A stretch of 64,000 bases of DNA, taken from positions 108,791 through 172,790 of the forward strand of contig JANWWK010000030.1 of NCBI GenBank assembly GCA_025056175.1, given 5' to 3'. A program made the translations under genes and the position numbers. Numbering within the stretch: position 1 is the stretch's first letter; every line of letters starts with the position of its first letter. Source of the DNA: Anaerolineales bacterium. Its GTDB lineage: Bacteria; Chloroflexota; Anaerolineae; Anaerolineales; Villigracilaceae. The notes under the pieces were generated by a model. The model worked only from the letters and a program-made list of their open reading frames with translations, was not told the origin of the DNA and did no database searches. Shown in pieces: positions 19,951-27,040 of the stretch.

Positions 19951-21273
19951 ATGAAAGCCGTCATTATGCCCAAATTCGGGTTCACTCAGGAAGAGAGCGA
20001 AATCCTGGAGTGGAAAGTAAAGAACGGAGACCGCGTCGAACAAGGTGACCCGTTAGCCGTAGTGTCCACTGACAAAGTAAGCATGGAAGTGGAAGCTCCT
20101 GAAGATGGGATTGTGGCGGGCATTCGCCATCCCCAGGGGACGGTTGTACGGGTGACCGATGTGATCGCATACATTCTGCAACCGGGAGAGTCTTTGCCAG
20201 CGGAAGCGGATGCTCCTGTGGTTGAACAACCTGCGCCGCAGGTTGCCCCTGCTGCTTCTGAACCGCTTTCTCAGCCAACGCCGGTTGCCGCCCGCCTGGC
20301 TGCTGACCTGGGGGTGAACCTTGCCGAAATCCCCGGCACCGGGCCTGGCGGACGAATCACCCGCGCCGATGTGGAACGGTATGCCACACGTCATGCGCCA
20401 GACAAACTGCGTGCGGTACCTGCTGCCCGCCGTTTGGCCCGTGAACTGGGCGTGAATCTGAATGAACTTACCGGTAGCGGGCCGCGCAGACGGATTCAGA
20501 GCGAAGACGTTCGCCGCGCAGCGCAGGAGCGCGTTTCGGCTGCCTCGCACGCTGCAGTGACAGAAGCAGGTTCCCGCCCGGTCTCGTTCCGTGAGGTCCC
20601 GCTTCAGGGAATGCGAAAGACCATTGCGACCAATATGTTGCGTTCGTGGCAATCTATTCCGACCATTCACCTGGAAGTGGATGTGGATATGGAAGCCAGT
20701 CTGGCGCTTTTGCTAATGGCACAACAACGCGCCGGTGAACGCAGGGTGTCTTTGACGGCGGTTGTCGTCAAAGCCGTTGCCTGGGCTTTGCGCCAACATC
20801 CCCGCCTGAATGCTCATCTGGAAGGTGAGGTCCTGCGTGAGTGGCATGAGGTTCATCTGGGCGTGGCGGTTGCGCTGGAGGATGGCTTGATTGTGCCGGT
20901 GCTGCATCACCCCGACCGGAAGGGAATTTTGCAAATTGCTGAAGAACTGAACGACCTCGCCAGCCGCGCCCGACAGAATCAGTTGCGCCTTACAGATTTG
21001 CAAGATGCAACGTTCACAATTTCCAATCTCGGAATGTTTGGAATTGACCGTTTTACGGCTATAATTAACCCGCCTCAGGTTGCAATTTTAGCGGTAAGCG
21101 CAATTAAAAAAACCTTTGTTGCTAACGAAACAGGCCAGCCGGTGTTACATTCGGTGATGAATCTTCGTCTCTCTGCCGACCACCGCGCAATCGATGGTGC
21201 TATCGCCGCGCGTTTTCTGGCTGACCTGCGTAAAGCACTGGAGACTCCTTCGGAGATGCTGTTATGGCAATAA
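19951..21273 (+). CDS. Dihydrolipoamide acyltransferase E2 (lipoyl domain, two tandem E3-binding/PSBD segments, catalytic domain)
   Basis: Lipoyl-lysine context STDKVSMEVEAP. Two PSBD-like segments (AARLAADLGVNLAEIPGTGPGGRITRADV and AARRLARELGVNLNELTGSGPRRRIQSEDV). Catalytic motif SADHRAIDG. Confidence 0.85.
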   Translation: MKAVIMPKFGFTQEESEILEWKVKNGDRVEQGDPLAVVSTDKVSMEVEAPEDGIVAGIRHPQGTVVRVTDVIAYILQPGESLPAEADAPVVEQPAPQVAPAASEPLSQPTPVAARLAADLGVNLAEIPGTGPGGRITRADVERYATRHAPDKLRAVPAARRLARELGVNLNELTGSGPRRRIQSEDVRRAAQERVSAASHAAVTEAGSRPVSFREVPLQGMRKTIATNMLRSWQSIPTIHLEVDVDMEASLALLLMAQQRAGERRVSLTAVVVKAVAWALRQHPRLNAHLEGEVLREWHEVHLGVAVALEDGLIVPVLHHPDRKGILQIAEELNDLASRARQNQLRLTDLQDATFTISNLGMFGIDRFTAIINPPQVAILAVSAIKKTFVANETGQPVLHSVMNLRLSADHRAIDGAIAARFLADLRKALETPSEMLLWQ

Positions 21274-21731
21274 CGTTGCAGGCTTACCTGGTTCCAGAAG
21301 CGCTTATCTTTGGCATGGATGCAGAGACTTCGGAAGAAGTCATTCGCAACCTGTGTGGTAAGTTGATGTACGCAGGTTATGTGCGTGGGGCATTTGTAGA
21401 GGGTGTACTGGCGCGAGAACGCGTCCAACCCACCGGCTTGCCGCTGGAAGGCAAGTATAACGCTGCCATTCCACACACCGATGTTGACCAGGTGATTAAA
21501 CCGGGGATTGCGATGGCAACCCTTGCGCGCCCCGTTTTATTCCGCAACATGGTTAATCCAGAAAAAGAAGTGCCGGTTCAACTGGTGTTTCTGCTTGCGC
21601 TGGACCAACCGAAATCGCAAATTGAGATGCTTCAGCAAGTTTCCCACGTTTTGCAAAACCCGGAGCTGGTGGAGCAACTTATGCATGCACGCAACCTCTT
21701 TCAGGTGCGCGAAACCTTACGTAAGGCCTGA
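21264..21731 (+). CDS. PTS EIIA component (EIIA-2 / mannitol-fructose-Ntr type)
   Basis: 155 aa. Candidate phospho-histidine context AAIPHTDVD. It overlaps the E2 stop by 10 nt. Confidence 0.75.
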   Translation: MAITLQAYLVPEALIFGMDAETSEEVIRNLCGKLMYAGYVRGAFVEGVLARERVQPTGLPLEGKYNAAIPHTDVDQVIKPGIAMATLARPVLFRNMVNPEKEVPVQLVFLLALDQPKSQIEMLQQVSHVLQNPELVEQLMHARNLFQVRETLRKA

Positions 21732-21799
21732 CGCAGTCAAGCCCCTTTGGGCTGGCTGCGTTTTGTTTTGCTCAAACATTTCAATCAGGAGAGAATGAG

Positions 21800-22090
21800 A
21801 TGCCACAAGCCAAACGAATTTTAGTTGCCTGCGGTACAGCCATTGCTACTTCAACGGTTGTAGCCAAAGCCATTGAAGATGCGCTGCGTGAGCGCGGCAT
21901 CGAGGTCATCACCCGTCAGTGCAAGGCAAGCGAAGTTGCCAGTATGGTGGAAGGGATGGACTTGGTCGTCACGACCACCCCCGTCCCGACCAATTTAGGG
22001 GTACCGGTCATTCAGACGCTTGCCTTTCTCACTGGAATTGGAAAGGAGGCAGTTATTGAGCAAATCGTCAAAGCACTCAACCAAAAATAA
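21800..22090 (+). CDS. PTS EIIB component (galactitol/lactose-type, Cys phosphorylation site)
   Basis: 96 aa. N-terminal KRILVACGTAIATST carries the active-site Cys. SD GGAG upstream. Confidence 0.8.
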   Translation: MPQAKRILVACGTAIATSTVVAKAIEDALRERGIEVITRQCKASEVASMVEGMDLVVTTTPVPTNLGVPVIQTLAFLTGIGKEAVIEQIVKALNQK

Positions 22091-22157
22091 TTTCCTCACC
22101 CTTCTCGTTCACGTCACTTTCATTCCATTTCTCACCCCAAGAAAGGAGTAAGGCAAG

Positions 22158-23549
22158 ATGGAAGGTTTTCTTACGGGTCTGAAGGCAATCATTGATGCCC
22201 TCGGCGCTACGGTATTGCTGCCCATCATCATCTTCATCATTGCGGCTGTGATGGGCGCCAAGCCCGGACGGGCGTTCCGCGCCGCCGTGACGATTGGTAT
22301 TGCCTTCATCGGCATTAACCTGGTCATTGGCCTGATGTGGGGGAGTCTGACCGAAGTCGGTCAGGCCATTGTCAGCAACCTGGGCATTCAGCGCGATGTG
22401 ATGGATATGGGCTGGCCTTCGGCGGCGGCTATCGCCTTTGGCAGCCCGGTTGGGTTGTGGGTCATTCCGATTGCCATCTTTGTTAACATCGTGTTCCTTG
22501 CCCTGCGGCTGACCAAAACGGTCAACATTGACGTCTGGAACTATTGGCACTTTGCTTTTCTCGGTTCGCTGGTCCTGGCCGCTACCAACAATCTGGTGTA
22601 TGGCTTGATTGCTGCTGCTATTGCTGCGGCACTGGCGCTTTTCCTGGGCGACTGGACGGCGAAAGCAGTGCAATCGTTCTATGGCACGCCAGGCATCTCT
22701 ATTCCGCACCTTACTTCCGCGCCAGGCGTTCCATTTGCGATTGTGACGAACTGGATTGTAGACCGCATCCCCGGCCTCAAAGACGTAGAAGCCGACCCCG
22801 AAACCATTCGTAAAAATTGGGGTGTGATGGGTGAGCCGGTCATTCTCGGCCTCATCATTGGCATTGTGCTGGGCATTCTGGCTTTCTACAATGCAGGCGA
22901 TGCGACCACCGTCATCACCAAAGTTCTGAAGACCGGTATGAACCTGGCAGCGGTGATGTTGCTCCTGCCCCGCATGGTGCAAATTCTGATGGAAGGCCTG
23001 ATTCCGGTTTCGGAAGCCGCGCGCGAATTCATGCAGAAGCGTGCTGCCGGACGTGAAATCTATATCGGCCTGGATTCGGCCATTCTGGTCGGGCATCCTG
23101 CCGCCATCTCGTCCTCGCTCCTGCTCGTTCCGATTGCTATCTTGCTCTCCATCATTCTGCCGGGCAATCGCGTCATTCTGTTCGCTGACCTGGCCGTTAT
23201 CCCCTTTGTGGTGGCCTTGTTTGCCCCTCTGATGCGCGGCAACATTGTGCGCATGGTGATTGCTGGCACGCTGGAACTGGCAGTTGGTTTCTACATTGCC
23301 ACCGGCCTGGCTGATTTCTTCACGGCCACTGCCCGCAGCGCCAACTTTGCCATTCCTGAAAACGCGGTACGTATCACCAGCATTGCCGATGGCTTCCTGT
23401 GGCCGGGCTTCCTGTTCACCAAACTGACCGAATGGTTGAACGTGGGCGGGTTGGTGGTTCTGGCGGTTCTGCTTGCTGCGGCCATGTTCTTCTACCTGAA
23501 GAACCCGCAAGAGTGGGAAGTGGCCGCCGGCGCGCCTGCCTCGAAATAG
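22158..23549 (+). CDS. PTS EIIC permease, galactitol (Gat) family
   Basis: 463-aa polytopic membrane protein whose size and sequence character fit GatC-type EIIC. SD GGAG upstream. Confidence 0.75.
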   Translation: MEGFLTGLKAIIDALGATVLLPIIIFIIAAVMGAKPGRAFRAAVTIGIAFIGINLVIGLMWGSLTEVGQAIVSNLGIQRDVMDMGWPSAAAIAFGSPVGLWVIPIAIFVNIVFLALRLTKTVNIDVWNYWHFAFLGSLVLAATNNLVYGLIAAAIAAALALFLGDWTAKAVQSFYGTPGISIPHLTSAPGVPFAIVTNWIVDRIPGLKDVEADPETIRKNWGVMGEPVILGLIIGIVLGILAFYNAGDATTVITKVLKTGMNLAAVMLLLPRMVQILMEGLIPVSEAAREFMQKRAAGREIYIGLDSAILVGHPAAISSSLLLVPIAILLSIILPGNRVILFADLAVIPFVVALFAPLMRGNIVRMVIAGTLELAVGFYIATGLADFFTATARSANFAIPENAVRITSIADGFLWPGFLFTKLTEWLNVGGLVVLAVLLAAAMFFYLKNPQEWEVAAGAPASK

Positions 23550-23583
23550 TTCTAACCTCTGTTTGTTTTCTCTCCTGATTCGA

Positions 23584-23621
23584 GCCGGGGCGGACTGGTC
23601 AACACACTGGTCTGCCCCGGC
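23584..23621 (+). other. Strong GC-rich hairpin between EIIC and the next gene (no U-tract)
   Basis: GCCGGGGCGGAC (23584..23595) pairs with GTCTGCCCCGGC (23610..23621). That is 12 bp including one G.U pair, with a 14-nt loop. It is followed by ATCTCTC rather than a T-run. Confidence 0.45.
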
Positions 23622-23636
23622 ATCTCTCTGAGCAAT

Positions 23637-24032
23637 ATGGTTGATGCAATTTTGCGCTCGATGATTGGCGACTGGGGCAACTGGTTGTTGGACCAGTATA
23701 TTGCTCACGCGTTGTGGATTAATGGGCTGGTGTTGGGATACGCTTTCCTGGTTGTGCTGGCGCGGCGGAACTATCAGACTATTTTGCAATTTTTTCTCGT
23801 TCATCTTCACGAAAAGTATGCCAGCCAGTTGCAAGGAAAGAATCAAAAGCAGGTTGCCCGTTTTCTGGCGCGGGTTTCTCTCCCCTGGAAACAAGCCCTC
23901 GCTCATGCGCCGTTGCCCCTTCTCTCGCCTCCGAATAGCATTCGCCTGTATCCGAAAACTGAGGCCGCGCTCAAGAAGCTTATTTCTCCCGAACGATTGG
24001 CCGAAGCGGTAACTGTCAAAAATACGCATTGA
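23637..24032 (+). CDS. Hypothetical small membrane protein embedded in the PTS operon
   Basis: 131-aa ORF with one clear hydrophobic segment (LWINGLVLGYAFLVVLA). No family recognised. Coding status rests only on ORF length and position. Confidence 0.4.
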   Translation: MVDAILRSMIGDWGNWLLDQYIAHALWINGLVLGYAFLVVLARRNYQTILQFFLVHLHEKYASQLQGKNQKQVARFLARVSLPWKQALAHAPLPLLSPPNSIRLYPKTEAALKKLISPERLAEAVTVKNTH

Positions 24033-24047
24033 CCCCTGGTTGTTCCT

Positions 24048-24317
24048 ATGCCTGAACTCACGCTCACCATTCAAAATAAAGTTGGTCTTCATGCCCGCCC
24101 GGCGAGTTTGTTTGTGCGCGAGGCGTCCAGGTTTCAATCGACTATCACGGTGTTGCATGGCGCCAAACAAGCCAATGCCAAAAGTATTCTGAATGTGTTG
24201 TCGTTAGGTGTCAATCAGGGTGCGCAAATTACCCTGCGTGCCGAAGGCCCCGACGCCGAAGCGGCGTTACACTCCTTGCGGGCGCTCGTTGAAAGCAATT
24301 TTGGTGAAACAGAGTAA
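24048..24317 (+). CDS. ptsH: Phosphocarrier protein HPr
   Basis: 89 aa. His15 context GLHARPAS and Ser46 context NAKSILNVLSLG. Confidence 0.9.
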   Translation: MPELTLTIQNKVGLHARPASLFVREASRFQSTITVLHGAKQANAKSILNVLSLGVNQGAQITLRAEGPDAEAALHSLRALVESNFGETE

Positions 24318-24322
24318 AGCCT

Positions 24323-26038
24323 ATGAGAACCATTCAGGGCATTGGCGCTTCTCCTGGTCTTGCCATTGGTCCGGCGCGTGTCTTTACGCCAGAAGACTTA
24401 ACTTTTTCCGTGTATGCGCCTGCTGACCGAGAGGCCGAATGGCAGCGCATGACCGTTGCGCTGCAAAGCGCGCGTGTGCAGTTGCAGGAAATTGGTGCGC
24501 GCGCTGCTGTGCAGTTGCACCCGGAAGAAGCCGCCATCTTCGATGCTCATCTGCAAATGCTCGAAGACCCTGAATGGCACTCAGCTATTCGGCAGTCCAT
24601 CCTGGAAGAGGGAAAAAACGCCGAAAGCGCTTTGATGGAAAGCGCCGAACGCTATGCTGCACAGTTGGAAGCCCTTGAAGAAGAGTATTTTCGCGCCCGT
24701 GCTGCTGATATTCGAGATGTTGCCCGCCGCTGCTTGCGAATTTTGCTGGGGAAACCCCAGCCGGATGTCACACTGAATCAGCCATCCATCCTTGTTGCAC
24801 GCGACCTGACCCCCTCCGATACCGTCTTGCTCGATAAAACCCGTCTGCTCGGTTTTTGCACAGCGGAAGGTGGCGCGACCTCGCACACCGCCATTCTGGC
24901 AAAAGCGTTAGGAATTCCTGCGGTTGTAGGCGCAGGCCAGGCTGTTCTTACGATTGCAACGAACGAACGTCTGATTCTCAATGCGCATCGTGGTACTGTG
25001 ATTGTAGAACCAGATGCTGAGACGCTTCAAGAATTTGAGCGCGCCAGAATGGCTGAGCAGAACCGCGCTGAACAGGAGCGCGCGCACGCGGCTGAACCTG
25101 CCATCACACGGGATGGTCGCCAGGTAGAAGTGGTTGCGAATGTCGGCAGCCTGGAGGATGCACATCGCGCTGTTGCCCTGGGCGCCGAGGGAGTCGGCCT
25201 GTTACGAACTGAGTTTCTCTATCTCGACCGGCAGACTGCACCGGATGAAGAAGAGCAATATCACGCCTATAAAGCCATTTTTGATGTGATGGGAGCACGT
25301 CCGGTCGTCATTCGCACGCTGGATGTGGGCGGGGACAAGGAATTGCCCTACATTGACCTGGGTCACGAGGAAAACCCCTTTCTGGGTTGGCGTGCTATCC
25401 GTATGTGTCTGGATAACCCCGATTTTTTCAAAACGCAATTACGCGCCATTCTGCGCGCCGCGTTTGGACACGATATTCGCATCATGTTTCCAATGATCGC
25501 AACAGTCCAGGAAGTGTTGCAGGCGCGCGCTTTGCTTACAGAAGCCCGCGCCGACCTGGAACGTGCGGGCATTCCATTTGCAGAGCGTGTTCAGGTGGGC
25601 ATTATGGTCGAAATCCCATCTGCCGCCGTGATGGCGGATGCGCTGGCAAAAGTGGTAGATTTCTTCAGTATCGGCACAAATGACCTCACTCAGTACACGC
25701 TGGCCGTTGAACGTACCAACAAACGGGTGGCGCATCTTTCCAACGCACTGGACCCAGCCGTTTTGCGGTTGATAGCCCGTGTTATTGAGGAAGGCCACAA
25801 AGCGGGGATTTGGGTGGGGATGTGTGGCGAAATGGCTGGCGATTCTCGCGCCATTCCGCTGTTGTTGGGCCTGGGATTGGATGAGTTCAGCATGGCACCG
25901 GCGCTTATTCCTCATGCCAAAGCGCTCATTCGCGCGTGCGATGTGACCACCTGCCGGACAATTGCCGAAACTGCTCTCAACTTGCCTGGTTATACCGACG
26001 TAGAGGCGCTTTTGACATCCTCTGTGCCTGCGCTTTGA
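24323..26038 (+). CDS. ptsI: Phosphoenolpyruvate-protein phosphotransferase (PTS Enzyme I)
   Basis: 571 aa. Phospho-His region GGATSHTAILAKALGIPAVVG. PEP-utilising C-terminal domain (GTNDLTQY, MCGEMAGD). Confidence 0.9.
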   Translation: MRTIQGIGASPGLAIGPARVFTPEDLTFSVYAPADREAEWQRMTVALQSARVQLQEIGARAAVQLHPEEAAIFDAHLQMLEDPEWHSAIRQSILEEGKNAESALMESAERYAAQLEALEEEYFRARAADIRDVARRCLRILLGKPQPDVTLNQPSILVARDLTPSDTVLLDKTRLLGFCTAEGGATSHTAILAKALGIPAVVGAGQAVLTIATNERLILNAHRGTVIVEPDAETLQEFERARMAEQNRAEQERAHAAEPAITRDGRQVEVVANVGSLEDAHRAVALGAEGVGLLRTEFLYLDRQTAPDEEEQYHAYKAIFDVMGARPVVIRTLDVGGDKELPYIDLGHEENPFLGWRAIRMCLDNPDFFKTQLRAILRAAFGHDIRIMFPMIATVQEVLQARALLTEARADLERAGIPFAERVQVGIMVEIPSAAVMADALAKVVDFFSIGTNDLTQYTLAVERTNKRVAHLSNALDPAVLRLIARVIEEGHKAGIWVGMCGEMAGDSRAIPLLLGLGLDEFSMAPALIPHAKALIRACDVTTCRTIAETALNLPGYTDVEALLTSSVPAL

Positions 26039-26502
26039 ACGAATCTACCCACTTCCACCTCCCCCAGCACCTGTCGTAAGTGCGCTGGTTTCAAAATAAT
26101 CCCTACATTGGGTTCACCCGAACCAAGTGAGATTTCTTCCGGCACGAACACGGCTTCATCGGCCAAAATTCGCAGTGGCGTGAGCAACCCCAGTGGGGAG
26201 ACTGTCCCAACCCGGTAGCCGGTAACCTGTAATACTTCTTTTTCGCTTGCCAGCGTGAGACGGGATTGCCCCAAATAGGCACGCAATGCCGGCCAGGAGA
26301 CCTGCGCGCGCCCGGCAGCCAGTACCATCACGAAGCGGCCTTCGCTCAGCCGAAATACCAGGCTGCGTATCACTTGCTCAGGCTTTTGTCCGCGCTCGTG
26401 AGCGGCCTGTTCCAGCGATGTAACTGGCCCGGCATGGCGAAAAACCTGATGTGGAATGCCGAGCGCCGTGAGAAGGCGCGAAACGGGAGGTGGAGCTGAC
26501 AT
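25990..26502 (-). CDS. YbaK/EbsC-family aminoacyl-tRNA editing (deacylase) domain protein
   Basis: About 170 aa with YbaK-like sequence character (LGIPHQVFRH...; GYRVGTVSPLG). It is convergent with ptsI and overlaps its 3' end by 49 nt. Confidence 0.65.
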   Translation of the reverse strand: MSAPPPVSRLLTALGIPHQVFRHAGPVTSLEQAAHERGQKPEQVIRSLVFRLSEGRFVMVLAAGRAQVSWPALRAYLGQSRLTLASEKEVLQVTGYRVGTVSPLGLLTPLRILADEAVFVPEEISLGSGEPNVGIILKPAHLRQVLGEVEVGRFVQSAGTEDVKSASTSV

Positions 26503-26513
26503 CGAGAAAAATA

Positions 26514-26917
26514 TCAAGAGTCCTGCCACCGCGCATTATAAAACATCAACCCAAACTCAGGGACGTTGCTGTATTGGCCGGTGCAGGTGTAGTCGATGGA
26601 CGTGTTGCCCCAAGTATACCCTGACGAGTACACGTAACGGACTTCACCCTTGCGCAGCACCCCCGCAGTGAAACGAAGGGGGCAAGCCGTACCCACTCCG
26701 CTGCGCTGCGGGGGGCTTCGCTCTAGCGCATTTCGGCGATTTTCGCGCCGCTGGAGTCGGTGGTGATTCTGGTGCTGCCCAGGTGGTCGGTCAGATAGCA
26801 AGTGGGGGCGGAGCAGGTCATCTCAAAGCAGGTCCGCGAGGCGATGCGCTGGGGCCCGGCAAAATAATACTTTGTCCAGGTGGTTTGCGCCGTAGGCGCA
26901 GGCTTGAGCCTGGGCAA
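26514..26917 (-). pseudogene. Decayed fragment of an RHS/YD-repeat core domain
   Basis: Two out-of-frame pieces. The first is TKYYFAGPQRIASR...CYLTDHLGSTRITTDSSGAKIAEMR*. The second is ...RKGEVRYVYSSGYTWGNTSIDYTCTGQYSNVPEFGLMFYNARWQDS*. They match the conserved end of RHS core domains (Y..DHLGS...TD..G, Y.PWGE.R, FTGQ, GLYYY.AR.YDP). The fragment stops just before the DPxGL boundary, and there is no upstream repeat body and no toxin tip. Confidence 0.7.
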
Positions 26918-27040
26918 CAGAACGGGCTTTGGGCAGTCCCGCCATGCGCCTGGCAGGTTGGGTGAGCGCGGACAGTTTGGCGCCGCCAGGAAAGTCGTCC
27001 TCTTAGAGGCCGGGCAGACCGGGGAATCCGTTCCACCGAA

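Noticed and set aside
22077-24170. A 697-aa ORF on the minus strand, spanning the whole EIIC gene, the hairpin, the 131-aa ORF and the start of ptsH.
   Set aside because: It is antisense to a well-supported membrane-protein gene. The product is low-complexity (Q/N/R/H/G/A-rich) with no motif. Antisense frames of Leu/Ile/Val/Ala/Gly/Phe-rich genes are naturally stop-poor (CTG, ATT, GTG, GCC, GGC and TTC read as CAG, AAT, CAC, GGC, GCC and GAA). It has no SD or promoter.
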